Shown piece after piece: positions 38,201 to 51,200 of a stretch of 64,000 nucleotides of DNA. Position 1 is the stretch's first letter; each line of letters opens with the position of its first letter. A program made the position numbers and the translations under genes. The notes below the pieces were generated by a model. The model had not been told where the DNA came from and did no database searches. It worked only from the letters and a program-made list of their open reading frames with translations. The stretch is from Eledone cirrhosa (taxonomy: Eukaryota). The DNA lies in NCBI GenBank assembly GCA_964016885.1, contig OZ024742.1, forward strand, positions 166,904,001-166,968,000, in the 5' to 3' direction.

Positions 38201-41200
38201 TAATTTCCAGCCGTCCAAGGAGAGATAATTTTTAAAAAAAATCAGGCGGAGATAATTTGTAAAAAAAAATCAGGGGGAGATAATTTCCAGCCGTCGAAGG
38301 GAAGATAATTTCCAGCCCTCCAAGGGGAGATAATTTCCAGCCAGCGAAGGGGAGATAATTTTTTTTAAAAAATCATTGGGAGATTTGTAAAAAAAATCAG
38401 GGGGAGATAATTTGTAAAAAAAACCAAGGGGAGATAATTTCCAGCCGTCCAAGGGGAGGTAATATCTAGCCATCCAAGGGGAGATAATTTCCAGCCGTCC
38501 AAGGGGAGATAATTTCCAGCCGTCCAAGGGTAGATAATATCCAGCCGTCCAAGTAGACATTTTCCAGCCGTCCAAGGAGAGGTAATTTCTAGCCGTCCAA
38601 GGGGAGATAAATTCCAGCCTCCAAGGGGAGATAATTTCCAGCCAGCCAAGGGGAGATAATTTGTAAAAAAATCAGGGGGAGATAATTTGTAAAAAAAATC
38701 AGGGGGAGATAATTTGTAAAAAAAAATCAGGGGTAGATAATTTGTAAAAAAAAATCAGGGGGAGATAATTTGTAAAAAAAAATCAGGGGGAGATAATTTG
38801 TAAAAAAAATCAAGGGGAGATAATTTCCAGCCGTCCAAGGGGAGATAATTTTCAGCCGTCCAAGGGGAGATAATTTCCAGCCGTCCAAGGGGAGATAATT
38901 TCCATCCTTCCAAGGGGAGATAATTTGTAAAAAAAAATCAGGGGGAGATAATTTGTAAAAAAAATCAAGGGGAGATAATTTCCAGCCGTCCAAGGGGAGA
39001 TAATTTTCAGCCGTCCAAGGGGAGATAATTTCCCGCCAGCCAAGGGAAGATAATATTTAAAAAAATCAGGCGGAGATAATTTGTAAAAAAAATCAGGGGG
39101 AGATAATTTGTAAAAAAATCAGGGGGAGATAATTTGTAAAAAAAAAATCAGGGGGAGATAATTTGTAAAAAAAATCAGGGCTAGATAATTTGTAAAAAAA
39201 AATCAGGGGTAGATAATTTGTAAAAGAAAATCAGGGGGAGATAATTTGTAAAAAAAATCAAGGGGAGATAATTTCCAGCCGTCCAAGGAGAGATAATTTT
39301 AAAAAAAAATCAGGCGGAGATAATTTGTAAAAAAAAATCAAGGGGAGATAATTTGTAAAAAAAAATCAGGGGGAGATAATTTGTAAAAAAAATCAAGGGG
39401 AGATAATTTCCAGCCGTCCAAGGGAAGATAATTTCCAGCACTCCAAGGGGCTATAATTTCCAGTGTCCAAGGGGAGATAATTTCCAGCCAGCGAAGGGGA
39501 GATAATTTTTTTAAAAAAATCAGGGGGAGATATGTAAAAAAAATCAGAGGGAGATAATTTCTAAAAAAAATCAAAGGGAGATAATTTCCAGCCGTCCAAA
39601 GAGAGATAATTTCTAGCCGTCCAAGGGGAGATAATTTCCAGCCAAGAGGATATAATTTCCAGCCGTCCAAGGGGAGATAATTTTTTAAAAAATCAGGTGG
39701 AGATAATTTGTAAAAAAAATCAGGGGGAGATAATTTGTAAAAACAAAATCAAGGGCAGATAATTTCCAGCTGTCCAAGGGGAGATAATTTCCAGCCGTCC
39801 AAGGGGAGATAATTTCCATCCTTCCAAGGGGAGATAATCTCCAGCCGTCCAAGGGGAGATAATTTCCCGCCAGCCAAGGGAAGATAATTTTTAAAAAAAT
39901 CAGGCGGAGATTGTAAAAAAAATCAGGGGGAGATAATTTGTAAAAAAATCAGGGGGAGATAATTTGTAAAAAAAAAATCAGGGGAGATAATTTGTAAAAA
40001 AAAATCAGGGGGAGATAATTTGTAAAAAAAAAATCAGGGGGAGATAATTTGTAAAAAAAATCAGGGGTAGATAATTTGTAAAAAAAAATCAGGGGGAGAT
40101 AATTTGTAAAAAAAAATCAGGGGGAGATAATTTGTAAAAAAATCAAGGGGAGATAATATGCAGCCGTCCAAGGGGAGATAATATGCAGCCGTCCAAGGGG
40201 AGATAATTTCCAGCCGTCCAAGGGGAGATAATTTCCAGCCGTCCAATGGGAGATAGTTTTTTAAAAAAAATCAGGCGGAGATAATTTGTAAAAAAAAAAT
40301 CAGGGGGAGATAATTTGTAAAAAAAAATCAGGGGTAGATAATTTGTAAAAAAAATCAGGGGGAGATAATTTGTAAAAAAAATCAGGGAGAGATAATTAGT
40401 AAAAAAAATCAAGGGGAGATAATTTCCAGCCGTCCAAGGGGAGGTAATATCTAGCCGTCCAAGGGGAGATAATTTCCAGCCGTCCAAGGGGAGATAATTT
40501 CCAGCCGTCCAAGGGTAGATAATATCCAGCCGTCCAAGTAGACATATTTTCCAGCCGTCCAAGGAGAGGTAATTTCTAGCCGTCCAAGGGGAGATAAATT
40601 CCAGCCTCCAAGGGGAGATAATTTCCAGCCAGCCAAGGGGAGATAATTTGTAAAAAAATCAGGGGGAGATAATTTGTAAAAAAAATCAGGGGGAGATAAT
40701 TTGTAAAAAAAAATCAGGGGGAGATAATTTGAAAAAAAAAATCAGGGGGAGATAATTTGTAAAAAAAATCAGGGTGAGATAATTTGTAAAAAAAAATCAG
40801 GGGGAGATAATTTGTAAAAAAAAATCAGGGGGAGATAATTTGTAAAAAAAAATCAGGGGGAGATAATTTGTAAAAAAAATCAAGGGGAGATAATTTCCAG
40901 CCGTCCAAGGGGAGATAATTTCCAGCCGTCCAAGGGGAGGTAATATCTAGCCGTCCAAGGGGAGATAATTTCCAGCCGTCCAAGAGGAGATAATTTCCAG
41001 CCGTCCAAGGGTAGATAATATCCAGCCGTCCAAGGAGACATATTTTCCAGCCGTCCAAGGAGAGGTAATTTCTAGCCGTCCAAGGGGAGATAAATTCCAG
41101 CCTCCAAGGGGAGATAATTTCCAGCCAGCCAAGGGGAGATAATTTGTAAAAAAAATCAGGGGGAGATAATTTGTAAAAAAAATCAGGGGGAGATAATTTG

Positions 41201-42260
41201 TAAAAAAAAATCAGGGGGAGATAATTTGTAAAAAAAATCAGGGGGAGATAATTTGTAAAAAAAAATCAAGGGGAGATAATTTCCAGCCGTCCAAGGGGAG
41301 ATAATTTTCAGCCGCCCAAGGGGAGATAATTTCCCGCCAGCCAAGGGAAGATAATATTTAAAAAATCAGGCGGAGATAATTTGTAAAAAAAATCAGGGGG
41401 AGATAATTTGTAAAAAAAATCAGGGGGAGATATTTTGTAAAAAAAAAATCAGGGGGAGATAATTTGTAAAAAAAATCAGGGGGAGATGATTTGTAAAAAA
41501 AATCAGGGGTAGATAATTTGTAAAAAAAAATCAGGGGGAGATAATTTGTAAAAAAAAATCAGGGGGAGATAATTTGTAAAAAAAATCAAGAGGAGATAAT
41601 TTCCAGCCGTCGAAGGGAAGATAATTTCCAGCCCTCCAAGGGGCTATAATTTCCAGCGTCCAAGGGGAGATAATTTCCAGCCAGCGAAGGGGAGATAATT
41701 TTTTTTTAAAAATCATTGGGAGATTTGTAAAAAAAATCAGGGGGAGATAATTTGTAAAAAAAATCAAGGGGAGATAATTTCCAGCCGTCCAAGGGGAGGT
41801 AATATCTAGCCATCGAAGGGGAGATAATTTCCAGCCGTCCAAGGGGAGATAATTTCCAGCCGTCCAAGGGTAGATAATATCCAGCCGTCCAAGTAGACAT
41901 TTTCCAGCCGTCCAAGGAGAGGTAATTTCTAGCCGTCCAAGGGGAGATAAATTCCAGCCTCCAAGGGGAGATAATTTCCAGCCAGCCAAGGGGAGATAAT
42001 TTGTAAAAAAATCAGGGGGAGATAATTTGTAAAAAAAATCAGGGGGAGATAATTTGTAAAAAAAAATCAGGGGGAGATAATTTGTAAAAAAAAATCAGGG
42101 GGAGATAATTTGTAAAAAAAAATCAGGGGGAGATAATTTGTAAAAAAAATCAAGGGGAGATAATTTCCAGCCGTCCAAGGGGAGATAATTTTCAGCCGTC
42201 CAAGGGGAGATAATTTCCAGCCGTCCAAGGGGAGATAATTTCCATCCTTCCAAGGGGAGA
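25200..42260 (+). repeat. ~8.44 kb tandem duplication (~25200-33660 / ~33660-42260)
   Basis: ORF offsets 8465, 8438, 8465, 8441, 8393, 8604 step mostly by whole-monomer indels. The one-G-short junction CCAAGGGAGATAAT marks both starts (25206, 33671). Shared variants GAGACAATTTG, GGAAATAA and GGGTATATAA. Confidence 0.93.
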
Positions 42261-45200
42261 TAATTTGTAAAAAAAAATCAGGGGGAGATAATTTGTAAAA
42301 AAAATCAAGGGGAGATAATTTCCAGCCGTCCAAGGGGAGATAATTTTCAGCCGTCCAAGGGGAGATAATTTCCCGCCAGCCAAGGGAAGATAATATTTAA
42401 AAAAATCAGGCGGAGATAATTTGTAAAAAAAATCAGGGGGAGATAATTTGTAAAAAAATCAGGGGGAGATAATTTGTAAAAAAAAAATCAGGGGGAGATA
42501 ATTTGTAAAAAAAATCAGGGCTAGATAATTTGTAAAAAAAAATCAGGGGTAGATAATTTGTAAAAGAAAATCAGGGGGAGATAATTTGTAAAAAAAAATC
42601 AGGGTGAGATAATTTGTAAAAAAAATCTAGGGGAGATAATTTCCAGCCGTCCAAGGAGAGATAATTTTTTAAAAAAATCAGGCGGAGATAATTTGTAAAA
42701 AAAAATCAAGGGGAGATAATAGGTAAAAAAAAATCAGGGGGAGATAATTTGTAAAAAAATCAAGGGGAGATAATTTCCAGCCGTCCAAGGGAAGATAATT
42801 TCCAGCACTCCAAGGGGCTATAATTTCCAGTGTCCAAGGGGAGATAATTTCCAGCCAGCGAAGGGGAGATAATTTTTTTAAAAAAATCAGGGGGAGATAT
42901 GTAAAAAAAATCAGAGGGAGATAATTTCTAAAAAAAATCAAAGGGAGATAATTTCCAGCCGTCCAAAAGAGATAATTTCTAGCCGTCCAAGGGGAGATAA
43001 TTTCCAGCCAAGGGGAGATAATTTCCAGCCGTCCAAGGGGAGATAATTTTTTAAAAAATCAGGTGGAGATAATTTGTAAAAAAAATCAGGGGGAGATAAT
43101 TTGTAAAAACAAAATCAAGGGCAGATAATTTCCAGCTGTCCAAGGGGAGATAATTTCCAGCCGTGCAAGGGGAGATAATTTCCAGCCGTCCAAGGGGAGA
43201 TAATTTCCATCCTTCCATGGGGAGATAATCTCCAGCCGTCCAAGGGGAGATAATTTCCCGCCAGCCAAGGGAAGATAATTTTTAAAAAAATCAGGCGGAG
43301 ATTGTAAAAAAAATCAGGGGGAGATAATTTGTACAAAAATCAGGGGGAGATAATTTGTAAAAAAAAAATCAGGGAAGATAATTTGTAAAAAAAAATCAGG
43401 GGGAGATAATTTGTAAAAAAAAAATCAGGGGGAGATAATTTGTAAAAAAAATCAGGGGTAGATAATTTGTTAAAAAAAATCAGGGGGTGATAATTTGTAA
43501 AAAAAAATCAGGGGGAGATAATTTGTAAAAAAATCAAGGGGAGATAATATGCAGCCGTCCAAGGGGAGATAATTTTCAGCCGTCCAAGGAGAGGTAATTT
43601 CTAGCCGTCCAAGGGGAGATAATTTCCAGCCGTCCAAGGGGAGATAATTTCCAGCCGTCCAATGGGATATAGTTTTTTTAAAAAAATCAGGCGGAGATAA
43701 TTTGTAAAAAAAAAATCAGGCGGAGATAATTTGTAAAAAAAAATCAGGGGGAGATAATTTGTAAAAAAAATCAGGGGGAGATAATTTGTAAAAAAAATCA
43801 GGGGGAGATAATTAGTAAAAAAAATCAAGGGGAGATAATTTCCAGCCGTCCAAGGGGAGGTAATATCTAGCCGTCCAAGGGGAGATAATTTCCAGCCGTC
43901 CAAGGGGAGATAATTTCCAGACGTCCAAGGGTAGATAATATCCAGCCGTCCAAGTAGACATATTTTCCAGCCGTCCAAGGAGAGGTAATTTCTAGCCGTC
44001 CAAGGGGAGATAAATTCCAGCCTCCAAGGGGAGATAATTTCCAGCCAGCCAAGGGGAGATAATTTGTAAAAAAATCAGGGGGAGATAATTTGTAAAAAAA
44101 ATCAATTGGAGATAATTTCCAGCCGTCCAAGGAGAGATAATTTAAAAAAAAAATCAGGCGAAGATAATTTGTAAAAAAAAATCAGGGGGAGATAATTTGT
44201 AAAAAAAAATCAGGGGGAGATAATTTGTAAAAAAAATCAAGGGGAGATAATTTCCAGCTGTCCAAGGGGAGATAATTTTCAGCCGTCCAAGGGGAGATAA
44301 TTTCCCGCCAGCCAAGGGAAGATAATATTTAAAAAAATCAGGCGGAGATAATTTGTAAAAAAAATCAGGGGGAGATAATTTGTAAAAAAATCAGGGGGAG
44401 ATAATTTGTAAAAAAAAAATCAGGGGGAGATAATTTGTAAAAAAAATCAGGTGGAGATAATTTGTAAAAAAAAATCAGGGGTAGATAATTTGTAAAAAAA
44501 AATCAGGGGGAGATAATTTGTAAAAAAAAATCAGGGGGAGATAATTTGTAAAAAAAATCAATTGGAGATAATTTCCAGCCGTCCAAGGAGAGATAATTTA
44601 AAAAAAAATCAGGCGAAGATAATTTGTAAAAAAAAATCAGGGGGAGATAATTTGTAAAAAAAAATCAGGGGGAGATAATTTGTAAAAAAAATCAAGGGGA
44701 GATAATTTCCAGCCGTCCAAGGGGAGAATTTTCAGCCGTCCAAGGAGAGGTAATTTCTAGCCGTCCAAGGGGAGATAATTTCCCGCCATCCAAGGGGAGA
44801 TAATTTCCAGCCGTCCAAGGGGAGATAATTTAAAAAAAAAATCAGGCGGATATAATTTGTAAAAAAAATCAAGGGGAGATAATTTGCAGCCGTCCAAGGG
44901 GAGATAATTTTCAATCGTCCAAGGAGAGGTAATTTTTAGCCGTCCAAGGGGAGATAATTTCCAGCCGTCCAAGGGGAGATAATTTCCAGCCGTCCAAGGG
45001 GAGATAATTTTTTTAAAAAATCAGGCGGAGATAATTTGTAAAAAAAATCAGGGGGAGATAATTTGTAAAAAAAAATCAGGGGGAGATAATTTGTAAAAAA
45101 AAATCAGGGGGAGATAATTTGTAAAAAAAATCAAGGAGAGATAATTTCCAGCCGTCCAAGGGAAGATAATTTCAAGCCCTCCAAGGGGCTATAATTTCCA

Positions 45201-48200
45201 GTGTCCAAGGGGAGATAATTTCCAGCCAGCGAAGGGGAGATAATTTTTTTTTAAAAATCAGGGAGATTTGTAAAAAAAATCAGGGGGAGATAATTTGTAA
45301 AAAAAATCAAAGGGAGATAATTTCCAGCCGTCCAAAGAGAGATAATTTCTAGCCGTCCAAGGCGAGATAATTTCGAGCAAGGGGAGATAATTTCCAGCCG
45401 TCCAAGGGGAGATATTTTTTTAAAAAATCAGGTGGAGATAATTTGTAAAAAAAATCAGGTGGAGATAATTTGTAAAAACAAAATCAAGGGCAGATAATTT
45501 CCAGCTGTCCAAGGGGAGATAATTTCCAGCCGTGCAAGGGGAGATAATTTCCAGCCGTCCAAGGGGAGATAATTTCCATCCTTCCAGGGGGAGATAATTT
45601 CCAGCCGTCCAAGGGGAGATAATTTCCCGCCAGCCAAGGGAAGATAATTTTTTAAAAAATCAGGCGGAGATTGTAAAAAAAATCAGGGGGAGATAATTTG
45701 TAAAAAAATCAGGGGGAGATAATTTGTTAAAAAAATCAAGGGGAGATTATTTCCAGCCGTCTAAGGGGAGGTAATATCTAGCCGTCCAAGGGGAGATAAT
45801 TTCCAGCCGTCCAAGGGGAGATAATTTCCAGCCGTCCAAGGGTAGATAATATCCAGCCGTCCAAGGAGACATATTTTCCAGCCGTCCAAGGAGAGATAAT
45901 TTCTAGCCGTCCAAGGGGAGATAAATTCCAGCCTCCAAGGGGAGATAATTTCCAGCCAGCCAAGGGGAGATAATTTGTAAAAAAATCAGGGGGAGATAAT
46001 TTGTAAAAAAAATCAGGGGGAGATAATTTGTAAAAAAAAAATCAGGGGGAGATAATTTGTAAAAAAAATCAGGGGGAGATAATTTGTAAAAAAAATCAAG
46101 GGGAGATAATTTCCAGCCGTCCAAGGGGAGATAATTTTCAGCCGTCCAAGGGGAGATAATTTCCCGCCAGCCAAGGGAAGATAATATTTAAAAAATCAGG
46201 CGGAGATAATTTGTAAAAAAAATCAGGGGGAGATAATTTGTAAAAAAATCAGGGGGAGATAATTTGTAAAAAAAAATCAGGGGGAGATAATTTGTAAAAA
46301 AAATCAGGGGTAGATAATTTGTAAAAAAAAATCAGGGGGAGATAATTTGTAAAAAAAATCAGGGGGAGATAATTTGTAAAAAAAATCAAGGGGAGATAAT
46401 TTCCAGCCGTCCAAGGAGAGATAATTTAAAAAAAAAATCAGGGGGAGATAATTTGTAAAAAAAAATCAAGGGGAGATAATTTGTAAAAAAAAATCAGGGG
46501 GAGATAATTTGTAAAAAAAATCAAGGGGAGATAATTTCCAGCCGTCCAAGGGAAGATAATTTCCAGCACTCCAAGGGGCTATAATTTCCAGTGTCCAAGG
46601 GGAGATAATTTCCAGCCAGCGAAGGGGAGATAATTTTTTAAAAAAAATCAGGGGGAGATATGTAAAAAAAAATCAGAGGGAGATAATTTGTAAAAAAAAT
46701 CAAAGGGAGATAATTTCCAGCCGTCCAAAGAGAGATAATTTCTAGTCGTCCAAGGGGAGATAATTTCCAGCCAAGGGGAGATAATTTCCAGCCGTCCAAG
46801 GGGAGATAATTTTTTAAAAAATCAGGTGGAGATAATTTGTAAAAAAAATCAGGGGGAGATAATTTGTAAAAACAAAATCAAGGGCAGATAATTTCCAGCT
46901 GTCCAAGGGGAGATAATTTCCAGCCGTGCAAGGGGAGATAATTTCCAGCCGTCCAAGGGGAGATAATTTCCATCCTTCCAAGGGGAGATAATTTCCAGCC
47001 GTCCAAGGGGAGATAATTTCCCGCCAGCCAAGGGAAGATAATTTTTTAAAAAACCAGGCGGAGATTGTAAAAAAAATCAGGGGGAGATAATTTGTAAAAA
47101 AATCAGGGGGAGATAATTTGTAAAAAAAAAATCAGGGGAGATAATTTGTAAAAAAAAATCAGGGGGAGATAATTTGTAAAAAAAAAATCAGGGGGAGATA
47201 ATTTGTAAAAAAAAATCAGGGGTAGATAATTTGTAAAAAAAAATCAGGGGGAGATAATTTGTAAAAAAAATCAGGGGGAGATAATTTGTAAAAAAATGAA
47301 GGGGAGATAATATGCAGCCGTCCAAGGGGAGATAATTTTCAGCCGTCCAAGGAGAGGTAATTTCTAGCCGTCCAAGGGGAGATAATTTCCAGCCGTCCAA
47401 GGGGAGATAATTTCAAGCCGTCCAAGGGGAGATAGTTTTTTTAAAAATCAGGGGGAGATTTGTAAAAAAAATCAGGGGGAGATAATTTGCAAAAAAAATC
47501 AAAGGGAGATAATTTCCAGCCGTCCAAAGAGAGATAATTTCTAGCCGTCCAAGGGGTGATAATTTCGAGCCAAGGGGAGATAATTTCCAGCCGTCCAAGG
47601 AGAGATAATTTTTTAAAAAATCAGGTGGAGATAATTTGTAAAAAAAATCAGGGGGAGATAATTTGTAAAAACAAAATCAAGGGCAGATAATTTCCAGCTG
47701 TCCAAGGGGAGATAATTTCCAGCCGTGCAAGGGGAGATAATTTCCAGCCGTCCAAGGGGAGATAATTTCCATCCTTCCAAGGGGAGATAATTTCCAGCCG
47801 TCCAAGGGGAGATAATTTCCCGCCAGCCAAGAGAAGATAATTTATTAAAAAATCAGGCGGAGATTGTAAAAAAAATCAGGGGGAGATAATTTGTAAAAAA
47901 ATCAGGGGGAGATAATTTGTAAAAAAATCAAGGGGAGATAATTTCCAGCTGTCCAAGGGGAGGTAATATCTAGCCGTCCAAGGGGAGATAATTTCCAGCC
48001 GTCCAAGGGGAGATAATTTCCAGCCGTCCAAGGGTAGATAATATCCAGCCGTCCAAGGAGACATATTTTCCAGCCGTCCAAGGAGAGGTAATTTCTAGCC
48101 GTCCAAGTGGAGATAAATTCCAGCCTCCAAGGGGAGATAATTTCCAGCCAGCCAAGGGGAGATAATTTGTAAAAAAATCAGGGGGAGATAATTTGTAAAA

Positions 48201-51200
48201 AAAATCAGGGGGAGATAATTTGTACAAAAAATCAGGGGTAGATAATTTGTAAAAAAAAATCAGGGGGAGATAATTTGTAAAAAAAATCAAGGGGAGATAA
48301 TTTGCAGCCGTCCAAGGGGAGATAATTTTCAGCCGTCCAAGGAGAGGTAATTTCTAGCCGTCCAAGGTGAGATAATATCCAGCCGTCCAAGGGGAGATAA
48401 TTTCCAGCCGTCCAAGGGGAGATAATTTTTAAAAAAAAACAGGCGGAGATAATTTGTAAAAAAAAAATCAGGGTGAGATAATTTGTAAAAAAAAATCAGG
48501 GGGAGATAATTTGTAAAAAAAAATCAGGGGGAGGTAATTTATAAAAAAAATCAAGGGGAGATAATTTCCAGCCGTCCAAGGGAAGATAATTTCCAGCCCT
48601 CCAAGGGGCTATAATTTCCAGCGTCCAAGGGGAGATAATTTCCAGCCAGCGAAGGGGAGATAATTTTTTTTTTTTTAAATCAGGGGGACATAATTTGTAA
48701 AAAAAATAAGGGGGAGATAATTTGTAAAAAAAATCAAGGGGAGATAATTTGTAAAAAAAATCAGGGGGAGATAATTTGTAAAAAAAAATCAGGGGGAGAT
48801 AATTTGTAAAAAAAAATCAAGGGGAGATAATTTGTAAAAAAAATCAAGGGGAGATAATTTCCAGCCGTCCAAGGGGAGATAATTTTCAGCCGTCCAAGGG
48901 GAGATAATTTCCCGCCAGCCAAGGAAAGATAATATTTAAAAAAATCAGGCGGAGATAATTTGTAAAAAAAATCAGGGGGAGATAATTTGTAAAAAAATCA
49001 GGGGGAGATAATTTGTAAAAAAAAAATCAGGGGGAGATTTGTAAAAAAAATCAGGGGGAGATAATTTGTAAAAAAAAATCAGGGGTAGATAATTTGTAAA
49101 AAAAAATCAGGGGGAGATAATTTGTAAAAAAAAATCAGGGGGAGATAATTTGTAAAAAAAATCAATTGGAGATAATTTCCAGCCGTCCAAGGGGAGATAA
49201 TTTTCAGCCGTCCAAGGAGAGGTAATTTCTAGACGTCCAAGGGGAGATAATTTCCAGCCGTCCAAGGGGAGATAATTTCCAGCCGTCCAAGGGTAGATAA
49301 TATCCAGCCGTCCAAGGAGACATATTTTCCAGCTTTCCAAGGAGAGGTAATTTCTATCCGTCCAAGGGGAGATAAATTCCAGCCTCCAAGGGGAGATAAT
49401 TTCCAGCCAGCCAAGGGGAGATAATTTAAAAAAAAAAATCAGGCGGAGATAATTTGTAAAAAAAATCTAGGGGAGATAATTTGCAGCCGTCCAAGGGGAG
49501 ATAATTTTCAGCCGTCCAAGGAGAGGTAATTTCTAGACGTCCAAGGGGAGATAATTTCCAGCCGTCCAATGGGAGATAATTTCCAGCCGTCCAAGGGGAG
49601 ATAATTTTAAAAAAAAAATCAGGCGGAGATAATTTGTAAAAAAAATCTAGGGGAGATAATTTGCAGCCGTCCAAGGGGAGATAATTTTCAGTCGTCCAAG
49701 GAGAGGTAATTTCTAGCCGTCCAAGGGGAGATAATTTCCAGCCGTCAAAGGGGAGATAATTTCCAGCCGTCCAAGGGGAGATAATTTTTTTTAAAAAATC
49801 AGGGGGAGATAATTTGTAAAAAAAATCAGGGGGAGATAATTTGTAAAAAAAAATCAGGGGGAGATAATATGTAAAAAAAAATCAGGGGGAGATAATTTGT
49901 AAAAAAAATCAAGGAGAGATAATTTCCAGCCGTCCAAGGGAAGATAATTTCAAGCCCTCCAAGGGGCTATAATTTCCAGTGTCCAAGGGGAGATAATTTC
50001 CAGCCAGCGAAGGGGAGATAATTTTTTTTTAAAAATCAGGGGGAGATTTGTAAAAAAAATCAAGGGGAGATAATTTGTAAAAAAAATCAAAGGGAGATAA
50101 TTTCTAGCCGTCCAAGGGGAGATAATTTCGAGCCAAGGGGAGATAATTTCCAGCCGTACAAGGGGAGATAATTTTTTAAAAAATCAGGTGGAGATAATTT
50201 GTAAAAAAAAATCAGGGGGAGATAATTTGTAAAAACAAAATCAAGGGCAGATAATTTCCAGCTGTCCAAGGGGAGATAATTTCCAGCCGTGCAAGGGGAG
50301 ATAATTTCCAGCCGTCCAAGGGGAGATAATTTCCATCCTTCCAAGGGGAGATAATTTCCAGCCGTCCAAGGGGAGATAATTTCCCGCCAGCCAAGGGAAG
50401 ATAATTTTTTACAAAATCAGGCGGAGATTGTAAAAAAAATCAGGGGGAGATAATTTGTAAAAAAATCAGGGGGAGATAATTTGTAAAAAAATCAAGGGGA
50501 GATAATTTCCAGCCGTCCAAGGGGAGGTAATATCTAGCCGTCCAAGGGGAGATAATTTCCAGCCGTCCAAGGGGAGATAATTTCCAGCCGTCCAAGGGTA
50601 GATAATATCCAGCCGTCCAAGGAGACATATTTTCCAGCCGTCCAAGGAGAGGTAATTTCTAGCCGTCCAAGGGGAGATAAATTCCAGCCTCCAAGGGGAG
50701 ATAATTTCCAGCCAGCCAAGGGGAGATAATTTGTAAAAAAATCAGGGGGAGATAATTTGTAAAAAAAATCAGGGGGAGATAATTTGTAAAAAAAAATCAG
50801 GGGGAGATAATTTGTAAAAAAAATCAGGGGGAGATAATTTGTAAAAAAAATCAAGGGTAGATAATTTCCAGCCGTCCAAGGGGAGATAATTTTCAGCCGT
50901 CCAAGGGGAGATAATTTCCCGCCAGCCAAGGGAAGATAATATTTAAAAAATGAGGCGGAGATAATTTGTAAAAAAAATCAGGGGGAGATAATTTGTAAAA
51001 AAATCAGGGGGAGATAATTTGTAAAAAAAAAATCAGGGGGAGATAATTTGTAAAAAAAATCAGGGGGAGATTATTTGTAAAAAAAAATCAGGGGTAGATA
51101 ATTTGTAAAAAAAAATCAGGGGGAGATAATTTGTAAAAAAAATCAAGGGGAGATAATTTCCAGCCGTCCAAGGGAAGATAATTTCAAGCCCTCCAAGGGG

